Below are positions 1 through 9,382 of a DNA stretch of 64,000 nucleotides, in pieces (position 1 is the first letter of the stretch; each line of letters opens with the position of its first letter). This DNA is from a bacterium. Lineage in GTDB: Bacteria > Margulisbacteria > Marinamargulisbacteria > GCA-2716485 > JAYNIM01. The notes under the pieces are model-generated. The model was not told the origin of the DNA. It was given only the letters and a program-made list of their open reading frames with translations, and ran no database searches. Made by a program: the position numbers and the translations under genes. The stretch covers positions 103,045 through 167,044 of the forward strand of contig JAYNIM010000001.1 in NCBI GenBank assembly GCA_038109055.1, written 5' to 3'.

Positions 1-671
1 TAGATCATTGTGTTGCGGCTTTTATTTTGGAACAAAATCCCAGTGGCTCGCGTGATCCATTGGGGATACGACGTTCGGTGGTGGCTCTGCTGCGTATTGC
101 TTTGGATCGGGATTTGGATGTGAATTTTTCTGAGTTGTTTCGCTGTGTATATGAGGTTTATGGAAAGGAGTCACTTTATGCGGCACATGCAGAGGTGATA
201 GAAACCTTTGTGTTGCAGCGCATTCAGTCGCAGTTTGAGGCTTTGGGATTGGCTTATGATGTGGTGGCAGCGGTGTTGCCGCTTTCGTATGTGTCTCTTG
301 TTACGGCTTATCGCCGCGCTTTGGATTTGGCTGATTTTAAAGCAAAGGATGTATCGGGGTATAAAGCCTTTGTTGAAACAGGCCTTCGTGTTAGACGTTT
401 ATTACAAAAGCAGGATTCCTTTGTCTTAGATGAGGGCTTATTTGAGATGGATATTGAGCGAGATGCTTATCTTGGTTTACAGAATTGTGTTACACAAGAG
501 GTGCTATCTTTACAGGCTTTAACGCCTTTTGTGACTGTTATGACGCGTTATTTTGAAGATGTGTTGGTGATGCATGATAAACGTGATATCCAGCAAAATC
601 GTTTGGCGTTTTTACAGCAGTGTCATGCTGTGTTTGCTACTTGGGGAGACTTAGAAACATTAGTATTGTAG
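1..671 (+). CDS. glyS: Glycine-tRNA ligase beta subunit, 3' part (gene begins before the window)
   Basis: Frame is open from the window edge: DHCVAAF..PSGSRDPLGIRR (GlyS 'PTGSxDPxALRR' motif) and a C-terminal DALR-like 'YFEDVLVM...QQNRLAFL'. Confidence 0.92.
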   Translation, partial: DHCVAAFILEQNPSGSRDPLGIRRSVVALLRIALDRDLDVNFSELFRCVYEVYGKESLYAAHAEVIETFVLQRIQSQFEALGLAYDVVAAVLPLSYVSLVTAYRRALDLADFKAKDVSGYKAFVETGLRVRRLLQKQDSFVLDEGLFEMDIERDAYLGLQNCVTQEVLSLQALTPFVTVMTRYFEDVLVMHDKRDIQQNRLAFLQQCHAVFATWGDLETLVL

Positions 672-1672
672 CTCGTTCGTTAATTTTACAGAGTCATGAA
701 CAAGGTTGGGCGGGTATTTCGCTGCAGACCTCTGAGCTCTCACCGCCTCAATCGATGGAGTTACAGTTGCGTTTGATTTCTGCGGCAGTGAATCCAGCTG
801 ATATTAATATGATCGAAGGGCGCTATTTGATTCAACCGCCATTGGGATTTTGTTTGGGGAATGAAGGTGTCTTTGAGGTGATTACTGTTGGGGAGGATGT
901 GCATGGTTTTAAGGTAGGGGATCGTGTTATTTTGCCCTTTAAGGATGAACAGTCTTGGGTGGGGGGATGGTGTAGTCATTGTGTGGTATCGGCTGAGTCG
1001 GCGGTCAAGGTACCTGAAGGCATATCAGATCATTTAGCGGGCATGTCGACGGTGAACCCTTTGACCGCGTTATTGTTATTGACGCGTTTTGTGACTTTGG
1101 ACCCTACATTGCCGATGATTCAAAATGCGGCAAATAGTAACTTGGGCCGTTGGGTAGCCGCATTTGTGAAACGTTTGGGGGTGACTTGTATTCATATTGT
1201 CCGTTCACAACGGGCGCTTGAGAGTTTGTCGGAGGCTGATCAACGGACGGCCTTGGTCTATGAAAAAGGGATAGAAACACAGGTGTTGGATCGTTATGGC
1301 TATTGTCAGTTGGCGTTAAACGGGGTAGGGGGTGATCAGGCTAAATCCTTGGCCAAGGTATTGGCCCCTCATGCGTCATTGGTGACCTATGGCGCGATGG
1401 CAAAGCAACCCTTATCTTTTGGAAATGGGCTGTTTATTTTTCAGAATATTGTTTTAACAGGCTTTAATAGAAGTCGTTTCTTGCAGGAACATCCTGTTGC
1501 TGAAATTCGAGAGTTGTATGAGTGTGTCTTTGAATGGATGTTGGACGTGGATCCGTCTTTTTTTCCTGTTTCTAAGACGTTTTCATTAGATTCGTATAAC
1601 CAGGCCTTGGATCATGTGTTGTCGAATGAGCGTTTAGCTAAGGTTCTTTTTGTTGGGGATGGGGTTAAGTAG
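620..1672 (+). CDS. Medium-chain dehydrogenase/reductase, trans-2-enoyl-thioester reductase (MECR/Etr1)-like; true start uncertain
   Basis: AAVNPADINMIEGRY, GNEGV, VNPLTA, IQNAANS, LVTYGAM motifs typical of the MECR/ETR subfamily. Confidence 0.82.
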   Translation: MSCCVCYLGRLRNISIVARSLILQSHEQGWAGISLQTSELSPPQSMELQLRLISAAVNPADINMIEGRYLIQPPLGFCLGNEGVFEVITVGEDVHGFKVGDRVILPFKDEQSWVGGWCSHCVVSAESAVKVPEGISDHLAGMSTVNPLTALLLLTRFVTLDPTLPMIQNAANSNLGRWVAAFVKRLGVTCIHIVRSQRALESLSEADQRTALVYEKGIETQVLDRYGYCQLALNGVGGDQAKSLAKVLAPHASLVTYGAMAKQPLSFGNGLFIFQNIVLTGFNRSRFLQEHPVAEIRELYECVFEWMLDVDPSFFPVSKTFSLDSYNQALDHVLSNERLAKVLFVGDGVK

Positions 1673-1909
1673 TTTTTGTGGTTTATTTTCGTTAAGAAGC
1701 CGGAGAAGATCTGTGTTAACTTGCTAAAGGAGCTGGAGCGATTATACATCTAACAATTACATTTAGTGGATCACAGATAATAAAGAATGGGAAGTCAATT
1801 AAGGTCATTCTTGATTTGCTAGAAGGAGAAGGTTCAACTGATGCTCTATTGAACATTTTTTCATAGTGTGATGATCAGACTGTTTCGTATTAATAGTAGT
1901 TATATTTTT

Positions 1910-2752
1910 TTATGATAAATGTTGGTCTAGACCAGGAAAGGGTGTGATATTGCCTGCTAGAGTGGCCTGTAATTTGGGGAGGTTTTTATTTTTCTCTTCC
2001 TCAGATCTGAAGCTTGTTTTGTGGTGAAGGTGATAGACAAAACATGAATATTTGGCTGATTTACGGAAGATGTTTTTTGCTAGGAGTCTGACTAGTAGAT
2101 CACTATCTTCATATCCCCAATCTTGGTAATTTTCATTAAATCCATTTACAAGAAGGAGATCTTTTTTCCATATGGCAAAGCAGCTTGCTGTTTTTTTCCA
2201 TTCTGTTTTTTGTGTATAACGTAGTTTTCCTAAAGGAAGGTTGATACTGGCTAAATATTTGTTGAGGTTTCCTTTTATTCGTTCTTTTAATACCCATAAT
2301 GTTTTTTTCTTGGCTAAGGAAAAAGGTTTTTTTAAAAATAAATCAGTTAGGTCTTTATTGATAAAGATACGTTGATGGAGGCAAAAATAATTTTTTTGGG
2401 CATGTTTTCGATGGTTTGCAATGAAATGTTCGTTGCATATGTTGTCTTGATCAAGAAAAATAATGTAGTCGCCTTTAGCCTTTGCAATGCCTTTATTGCG
2501 TGTTTTTGAAATGTGGAAGCGGATATGTTTTTGCCATAAAAATGTGAGCGTATAGCCTAAATTTTTCTTTAGTTTATTGATCATGTTTTCTGTTTCTTTG
2601 TTTGACCCATCATCTGATACAATTACTTCAAAGTTAGTGTCTGTTTGTTCATTAAGCGCGATTAAGCATTGCTCGAGTGCCTCTGGCCAATTGAAGCTTG
2701 TAATTACCACGGAGATGAGCATGGTTTTGGGATTAATGTTCGTTTTGTTCAT
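1910..2752 (-). CDS. Glycosyltransferase family 2
   Basis: ISVVITSFN, VIVSDDGS, RNKGI, FLDQD, GFNENYQDWGYEDSDL motifs. Confidence 0.9.
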   Translation of the reverse strand: MNKTNINPKTMLISVVITSFNWPEALEQCLIALNEQTDTNFEVIVSDDGSNKETENMINKLKKNLGYTLTFLWQKHIRFHISKTRNKGIAKAKGDYIIFLDQDNICNEHFIANHRKHAQKNYFCLHQRIFINKDLTDLFLKKPFSLAKKKTLWVLKERIKGNLNKYLASINLPLGKLRYTQKTEWKKTASCFAIWKKDLLLVNGFNENYQDWGYEDSDLLVRLLAKNIFRKSAKYSCFVYHLHHKTSFRSEEEKNKNLPKLQATLAGNITPFPGLDQHLS

Positions 2753-2783
2753 GTCTTGATGGTAGATCGAAGTGATGCTTGCG

Positions 2784-3887
2784 TCAATTTTGATTGTTTG
2801 ATTGATTCGTATTTAAATCGGGAAATCGGTTAAATAAGGATTGTGTAAATAAGTTCTCAAGTTCTTCGGTGGATTCTGGGGATGAGCCGAAGACATGTTC
2901 GAACATATCCCAGCGTTCCATGCATAAATATAGCATAGGTTGAGAGGGGGATTGGGCATGATGGGGGCCTAGATGAGCGACCTGTAATGTGCGGCAGAGT
3001 TTTTTGTATATATGGGTGTAGAGCTCTTTTCTTAGGGGTTTGAGGTAGCGCATTTTGCCGTCTGGGCCGGTGACCATTTCGTTTTCTAGGGCCTTGGATT
3101 TGGGATAGAGGCTTTGCATACTGAGGCGCATTTTTGGATTAAAACGTAAACTTCCCATGGATATCCACGCGATTGTTTCGGGACGAATCTCAGCGAAAAT
3201 AGCGTCAATCATGTTGTTATAGCCTTGTTGCCAGTTTTGGTAGAGCATTAAGGGTTCGAAATGTAGGCCAATTTTGTAACCGGCTTCTTGGCAGCGTTTA
3301 GCGGCAGTGAGTCGTTTTGTAAGAGAGGCTGTTTTATATTCTTCTTTTTGACATATCTCTTCACTGTTCATGGACCAAGAGACCACTGTTTTTCCTTTGT
3401 GATTTAGCGGGAGTATCCTGTCTACACAATCTGATTTGGTCTTCAGTTCTAGAATGGCGCGTGGGATTTTTGCGAATTCTTTTATCAGTTTTCCTGCTTG
3501 CCCTGTTTGATTTTCTAAGGCAAGTGAATCTCCCAGTTCCCAGGTGCCAACGCGGATAAATGCGTGGGGGTTTTTTTCGAGATAATCTGTGACCTCTTTG
3601 ACAAGTGCGGGGATGTCCTTGGTGACTTGGAGCTGGGTATTGCTGAGGTAATCTTGTAAAAAACAGTAGCTGCATTCGTAGGGGCAGTTGCTGACGGTTT
3701 TAAGGACTTTGACATTGCAACAGATGTAATCGTCTCCTTTGGCAGAACAGGTATCAAAGGCCTGGCCTTTTTTGGCGACGAATTGAATGCTTTTTTTACC
3801 TATGCGTAGATCCTTTTTTTGCAGTGTGTCGGAACTGCTTTGGATGGGAAGGGTGTCTTTTTCTTTTATTTTTTTGCTCTCTGTCAT
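2784..3887 (-). CDS. Spore photoproduct lyase (SplB)-family radical SAM protein
   Basis: CPYECSYC radical-SAM motif, YICC, GELxDSLALE-like, LELKTKS, VVSWSMN, YLCME. Confidence 0.85.
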   Translation of the reverse strand: MTESKKIKEKDTLPIQSSSDTLQKKDLRIGKKSIQFVAKKGQAFDTCSAKGDDYICCNVKVLKTVSNCPYECSYCFLQDYLSNTQLQVTKDIPALVKEVTDYLEKNPHAFIRVGTWELGDSLALENQTGQAGKLIKEFAKIPRAILELKTKSDCVDRILPLNHKGKTVVSWSMNSEEICQKEEYKTASLTKRLTAAKRCQEAGYKIGLHFEPLMLYQNWQQGYNNMIDAIFAEIRPETIAWISMGSLRFNPKMRLSMQSLYPKSKALENEMVTGPDGKMRYLKPLRKELYTHIYKKLCRTLQVAHLGPHHAQSPSQPMLYLCMERWDMFEHVFGSSPESTEELENLFTQSLFNRFPDLNTNQSNNQN

Positions 3888-3906
3888 ATTTCTATCTGTT
3901 GATTAT

Positions 3907-4857
3907 TTATAACATGTCTAATAAGCGGTCTATTTTCGTTAGTTGGGTCGTATTGACTGAGTTTAGTGTGTCTGAGAGCATGTTTTTTTTGTGGGTGTGG
4001 ATCTGTAAGGTAAGCGCGTGTGTTTCGAGGCTTTTGTCCCAGATTAGGTCGATATTTTTAGGAAGGTTTAAGGCGTGGATTTGGCGCTTAATTTCCTTGT
4101 GATAGTAATGAAGAGTTGGTTTGGCATTCATTTTTAATTTTTCAAGGAAGGCGTTTTGGAGGCGTTTATTTTGTGAGGCTAGTTGGGGGTTGTTTGTTAG
4201 AATATCCTTTAGTTCGTCTGTTATCGAGACTGTATGTTGTTTGCTTTGTTCGATATAGCTTGCGGCTAGGATAAAGTTTGAGGCGGTCCATTGTAGTTGG
4301 GGATTTAATGCAATAAGTTGTTCTAGGGTGCTTTTTTTGAAGGTGATGATTTTTTTGCAGTGGGTAAAGCTGAATTTTTTTTCGCGGCAAAAGTGAAGGA
4401 TGTTGGGGCTGAGTTGACTAAGTTTTTTGAGGTTGTGGAAATAACTTTTTTTCTGGGAGCTTGTTTCCAGGTTTTGTGTGTTTGAAGAGAGGGGGTGGGT
4501 TTCTTGTGTTAGGAGTGGGCTGTGTTCTCTGCCGAGTGTTTGTAAGAGTAGTGCTTGAATGATGGGGTTTTGGATCTGTTTGCTTTTGAGGGCGTGTATG
4601 AGCTGAAAAAGTTCTTTTGGAGTTTGGCAGGGGTGGGTACATGCGGGGACCTTTGTCATGTTTTGTTGCTGGGCCCAATATAGGCGTTTGAATCCGTCGA
4701 TCAGGAGGGGTGTCTCTTTGTATATGGCGATATGTAAGGGGCTAAGGATGCCGTGTTGAGTAAGGGCGTGAGTGAGTAGGGGGTCTTTTTCTTGGGAAAG
4801 GCAGTATTTGAGTAGGACAGAAATTTGATGTGTAGGCATACTTAAGACTGTTTTCAT
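3907..4857 (-). CDS. ParB/Srx N-terminal domain protein
   Basis: LTHALTQHGILSPL...LIDGFKRL resembles ParB boxes I/II (GxxR). Confidence 0.7.
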   Translation of the reverse strand: MKTVLSMPTHQISVLLKYCLSQEKDPLLTHALTQHGILSPLHIAIYKETPLLIDGFKRLYWAQQQNMTKVPACTHPCQTPKELFQLIHALKSKQIQNPIIQALLLQTLGREHSPLLTQETHPLSSNTQNLETSSQKKSYFHNLKKLSQLSPNILHFCREKKFSFTHCKKIITFKKSTLEQLIALNPQLQWTASNFILAASYIEQSKQHTVSITDELKDILTNNPQLASQNKRLQNAFLEKLKMNAKPTLHYYHKEIKRQIHALNLPKNIDLIWDKSLETHALTLQIHTHKKNMLSDTLNSVNTTQLTKIDRLLDML

Positions 4858-4932
4858 GCCTTTTATATTAGCATAAGTACATTTAGGCCTCTTTTCTTGA
4901 CTTTCTTCTAAAGCTATACAAGCATATAGAGT

Positions 4933-6294
4933 ATGACAATAGATGATTATTTAAAGACTCAGCGTGTTAAACATCTTGATGATTTGCAGCCTTTTTTAAA
5001 GATAGCCTCTGTTTCTGCAGACCCTAAGTTTAAACAACAGGTTCTTGACTGTGCAGATTATCTTAAGGGCTATTGTGAAAAGATGGGTTTTGACGAGGTA
5101 TCTGTGTTGAATACGGAGGGTTTTCCGGTGGTTTTTGCGCGCTTGGGAGAGGATACTGCTAAGCCAACGGTCTTGTTTTATGGGCATTATGATGTTCAGC
5201 CTGCGGATCCCTTGGATTTATGGCATAGTTCTCCGTTTGACCCTACTATTCGAGATGGGTATATCTACGCACGGGGTGTGGCAGATGATAAAGGTCAGGT
5301 ATTTTGTCATTTATTGGCGATTCAGGCCTTGATTGAGCAAAAGATTGAGCTGCCCGTAAATATTAAGATCCTTATTGAAGGTGAAGAAGAAATTGGCAGT
5401 CCTCATTTAGCAGATTTACTGGAACGTGAACAAGAGCGTTTGTCGGCTGATTATATTGTGATTTCTGATACGCCGATGTTTTCAAAGGAACAACCGTCTT
5501 TATGTACGTCATTACGGGGCTTGGTGCATAGTGAAATTAAAATTGCGGCATTATCGGGTGATTTGCATTCGGGGCAGCATGGCGGGGCTGTTCATAATCC
5601 CATTGATGTTTTGGCTCATTTATTAACACAGTTAAAAGATAAAAAGGGGCGTATTCAGATTCCGGGTTTTTATGAGGATGTTTTAGCTATTAGTGAAGCT
5701 CAAAAAGAAGCACTTTCTAGTTTGGATTTCTGCCAAGATACGTATTATCAGTCTTTGGGTGCTGGTAAGGGCTTTGGTGAAGAGGGGTATAATTGTTTAG
5801 AACGCCGTTGGTATCGGCCGACCTTGGATTGTAATGGAATTTGGGGAGGCTATACGGGTGAGGGCTCTAAGACGGTATTGCCGGCAGAAGCTTCGATGAA
5901 GCTCTCATTGCGATTGGTTGCCAATCAGGATCCACAGCGCATTAAAGAGGCGTTGGATCGTTTTGTGATAGCCTGCTGTCCGCCCCATGTGTCGTTGTCG
6001 ATACAGACAGAAGCTGATGGGCATGCCTATCATTGTAATCTTGATAGTAAGGCGATGTCTGCCGCGTCTGTTGCGATTGAAAAGTCTTTTGGTAAGCGCC
6101 CTTTATTAACTGGCGAAGGGGGCTCGATTCCGATTGTGCCGATGATGGCGACGCTTTTGCAGGCTGATGTGGTGTTGATGGGTTTTAATTTACCCGATGA
6201 TGCTATTCATGCGCCGAATGAACGCTTTTTGTTGGATCATTTTTATAAAGGGATCAACGCTGCGGTCGTGTTTTATAAGGATTTTGGACAATAG
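4933..6294 (+). CDS. M20/M25/M40 family dipeptidase
   Basis: YGHYDVQP, ARGVADDKG, EGEEEIGS, DLHSG, GGSIP, IHAPNE motifs. Confidence 0.93.
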   Translation: MTIDDYLKTQRVKHLDDLQPFLKIASVSADPKFKQQVLDCADYLKGYCEKMGFDEVSVLNTEGFPVVFARLGEDTAKPTVLFYGHYDVQPADPLDLWHSSPFDPTIRDGYIYARGVADDKGQVFCHLLAIQALIEQKIELPVNIKILIEGEEEIGSPHLADLLEREQERLSADYIVISDTPMFSKEQPSLCTSLRGLVHSEIKIAALSGDLHSGQHGGAVHNPIDVLAHLLTQLKDKKGRIQIPGFYEDVLAISEAQKEALSSLDFCQDTYYQSLGAGKGFGEEGYNCLERRWYRPTLDCNGIWGGYTGEGSKTVLPAEASMKLSLRLVANQDPQRIKEALDRFVIACCPPHVSLSIQTEADGHAYHCNLDSKAMSAASVAIEKSFGKRPLLTGEGGSIPIVPMMATLLQADVVLMGFNLPDDAIHAPNERFLLDHFYKGINAAVVFYKDFGQ

Positions 6295-6315
6295 TTGACG
6301 TTTTAATTGACTAAC

Positions 6316-6990
6316 TTACCAAGGAAGTGACTCTCCATTACTATGTAAAAATTGGCCACTATTTTCTAAATTTAAGGCTTCGATGCGTGTGATTAAATTC
6401 TTGGCAGACTCCTGAACTGTTAATGGACCAGAATACCCTGTCATTTGGGTTTGGACCCAGCCGGGATGAAAAATGCCTACCGCAATGCCTTGTTCTTTTA
6501 GATCAATACTTAAGGATTTTCCAGCAGCATTTAGGGCGGCTTTGCTCATTCGATAACCATAGCGACCGCCTGAATCATTATCCGCAATAGAGCCCATACG
6601 GCTGGTGATTAAAATAAGTTTGCTGTTTTCTTTAAGGGTGTCTAAAAAGTGGTGTGTGATGAGTAATGGCGCTAGGCTATTGGTGATGAATTGATTTTTG
6701 ATTTGAAAGACAGAGGTTGAATCTAGGTGTTGGATGTTTTCGTTTTGTAAGACCCCGGCATTGTTAATAAGGATATCAAAGCTGTTACATTCGCAGCTGT
6801 TTTTGGCGCTTTGAATATCTTTTTTTTCTCTTATATCGATATTAGAGATGACTTGGCTTGCGATGGCCTCTATGTCTGGGCTGCTATGTCGGCAGATGGC
6901 GGTAATTTTATGTCCTTGTGTATGGAGTTGTTTGGCGAGTTCAAGACCAATACCTCGATTTGCACCAGTGATAAGTATCTGATTGCTCAT
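6316..6990 (-). CDS. Short-chain dehydrogenase/reductase (CsgA-like)
   Basis: ITGANRGIG, INNAG, YRMSKAALN, HPGWVQT; AAGGAG RBS precedes the ATG at 6990. Confidence 0.92.
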   Translation of the reverse strand: MSNQILITGANRGIGLELAKQLHTQGHKITAICRHSSPDIEAIASQVISNIDIREKKDIQSAKNSCECNSFDILINNAGVLQNENIQHLDSTSVFQIKNQFITNSLAPLLITHHFLDTLKENSKLILITSRMGSIADNDSGGRYGYRMSKAALNAAGKSLSIDLKEQGIAVGIFHPGWVQTQMTGYSGPLTVQESAKNLITRIEALNLENSGQFLHSNGESLPW

Positions 6991-7090
6991 TTTTACTCCT
7001 TTTTTTTTATTTGAGTATAGCAAAGTCTTTATTTTTATATCTAGGTATTTGATATTGTTCCCTTTTTTTAAACCATATATGATGTCATGA

Positions 7091-8317
7091 ATGAGTCATG
7101 ATGTTCTTGTGGTAGGTGCTGGATTAGCGGGCTTGCGTGTTGCAGATCTTTTGGAACAAAAGGGATTGGATGTTTGTATTTTAGAGGCAGAGGAACGTAT
7201 TGGGGGCCGTATTCAGACGGATGAGGTAGATGGATTTTTGTTGGATCGTGGTTTTCAAGTTTTTTTACCTCATTATCCTGCGGCTCGGAACTGTTTTGAT
7301 TATCCATCTTTGGATCTATGTTTTTTTGATCGTAGCGCAAGATTGTGTAGTGATTCTCAGTGTGTCACTGTCGCAAGTCCGTTTCATCATCCTATTCAGT
7401 CTTTGGCTTCATTTTCTTTTTTTAAAAATTATTTAGCCGATTTTATTCGGATGGGGTTGGATTTTTTTTCAGGTTATACGCAGGACCCTAGCGCCTATGC
7501 ATGTCGATTTAAGGAAGAGCCTTTGCGCTCTTTTTTTGAGGCACGTTTTTCAGCTGAATTTACAGATACATTCTTGGGGCCATTTTTTAGAGGTATCTTA
7601 TCAGATTCATCTTTGCAATCTTCTTCACGTTTATATTATTTTTATATGCTTTGTTTTATTTTTGGGGGCTCTGCTGTGCCTCGAGGAGGTATGCACGTAT
7701 TAGTGGATCAATTGTTCCAGCGTTTATCGTCTACTCAGCTTTATTTGAACGAAAAAGTTCTGGCATGTGATAAAGGGGTTGTGAAGACTGTTTCAGGACA
7801 CTCATTTTCTGCGAAGCAGATTGTTTTTACTTGTCCACACGCTTGTTTAGCGCCGGATTTGGAACTGCCATCTGATTATTCTTCCTTGTGTACCTATTAT
7901 TTTTCTGTAGATACGTTGCCATATTCGTGTAAATCGTTGATTTTGTCCTCAAAAGTAGGTTCATTGATTAATCATGTCGCAATCATGTCTCACATTTCGT
8001 CAGCTTATGCAAAGAAGGGAGAGTTGATTTCGGTTACTGTCCTTGGACAAACAGAGACTCCAGATGTGTATGTCGAAAAGGTGCAGCGTGAGCTTGCGGC
8101 TCTTCTTGAGTTAGAGAGCTCTTTGTTGACCTTTATTAAGGCCTATCCAATTAAGAAAGTTTTGCCATATCCTCAGTTTTTTTCAGGTCGTTTGTTAGCC
8201 TATGATCATGCGTATATTGATATTGCGGGTGATTGGTGTTACCAAGGTTCTATACATGGGGCCTTATATTCTGCGGAGTGTTGTGCAGAGCGAGTCTATG
8301 AAAAAGTTAGAGGTTAG
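7091..8317 (+). CDS. FAD-dependent oxidoreductase, amine oxidase/phytoene desaturase family
   Basis: VVGAGLAGL, EAEERIGGRIQTD, LDRGFQV, C-terminal AGDW...SIHGALYSA. Confidence 0.88.
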   Translation: MSHDVLVVGAGLAGLRVADLLEQKGLDVCILEAEERIGGRIQTDEVDGFLLDRGFQVFLPHYPAARNCFDYPSLDLCFFDRSARLCSDSQCVTVASPFHHPIQSLASFSFFKNYLADFIRMGLDFFSGYTQDPSAYACRFKEEPLRSFFEARFSAEFTDTFLGPFFRGILSDSSLQSSSRLYYFYMLCFIFGGSAVPRGGMHVLVDQLFQRLSSTQLYLNEKVLACDKGVVKTVSGHSFSAKQIVFTCPHACLAPDLELPSDYSSLCTYYFSVDTLPYSCKSLILSSKVGSLINHVAIMSHISSAYAKKGELISVTVLGQTETPDVYVEKVQRELAALLELESSLLTFIKAYPIKKVLPYPQFFSGRLLAYDHAYIDIAGDWCYQGSIHGALYSAECCAERVYEKVRG

Positions 8318-8981
8318 TAACGGGCTTAGGATTATACGTAGTCAACGCCGCACTTTGAGTATTGAGGTTGTGTCTGAATCTGAGGTTAAAATTAGGGCAC
8401 CTTGGTATTGTTCTGATCGGCGTGTCAGGGCTTTTATTGAAGAAAAATCTGATTGGGTAGCTAAAAAGCAGCAGCAGTTATCGGAAGAAGAAAAGATTAA
8501 CCATTCGATAGTTGATCAGGGGTCTTTTAGTTATTTAGGAAGGTTGTATCGTATTGAACATCGGGCGGTCAAAGCGATTGGATTAGAAGGGGATTGTCTG
8601 TGTTTGCCAGAGGGATGGTCTGATGCACGTTGTCATACTCGTTTAGTTGCATGGTTTAAGGAGCGGGCCTTGGATATTTTGCTGGATCGGGTAGAATGTT
8701 ATTCGCAAAAGATGCAGCTTTTTCCCTCAGAGGTTTTGTTAAGTAATGCCAAACGACGTTGGGGGTCCTGTAGTAGTGAAAGGGTTTTACGTTTTAATTG
8801 GCGATTATTGTCGTGTCCGATGTCTGTGATTGATTATTTGGTGGTTCATGAGCTGGCTCATATTCAAGAAATGAATCACTCTCAGCGCTTTTGGGAACTC
8901 GTGCAACACTTTGATCCATTCTACAAAGATGCGGAAGCATGGTTGAAGACTCATAGAAATGTATTGGATAGTTTTAGGTAG
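8298..8981 (+). CDS. M48/YgjP (DUF45) zinc metallohydrolase
   Basis: RSQRRTLSI, RWGSCS, FNWRL, IDYLVVHELAH, NHSQRFW; ATG at 8298 overlaps the upstream gene end. Confidence 0.9.
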   Translation: MKKLEVSNGLRIIRSQRRTLSIEVVSESEVKIRAPWYCSDRRVRAFIEEKSDWVAKKQQQLSEEEKINHSIVDQGSFSYLGRLYRIEHRAVKAIGLEGDCLCLPEGWSDARCHTRLVAWFKERALDILLDRVECYSQKMQLFPSEVLLSNAKRRWGSCSSERVLRFNWRLLSCPMSVIDYLVVHELAHIQEMNHSQRFWELVQHFDPFYKDAEAWLKTHRNVLDSFR

Positions 8982-9382
8982 TTTTATTTTAGAAGGATAT
9001 ATTTTTTTAATATCAACGTTATACTTTGTAATTGTTTTTAAGGGTATTATCTTTTATTTAGGCTATTTTTGTGGTGTTTGAGTTAAGCTGAAGTCTGTTG
9101 TTTCTAATCATTTAGGCCAAAGGGGTGAATGTTTTTCTAGAAGGTTTAGTAAGATAAGTGACAAGGTCAAAAAATAATTATTCATATCAAATAAATTAGC
9201 TTTGATCACAAGCAGAAGTTAATAGAGTTTATAAATGTATAAGTGAGTATGCTCAACTTAGAAAAAAATAATAAAATAAATGAAATTTTTTGATAACTTT
9301 AATCGTTAACTAATTTTATGTTTAAAAATACTTTTATTAATTATAAAAAGTATTAAAACTGATTATAAAGGATGAGGGAATT

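Noticed and set aside
8298..8981. M48/YgjP gene as a marker of a type I restriction-modification locus
   Set aside because: No hsdR/M/S genes nearby; the gene has native composition and overlaps the amine oxidase.
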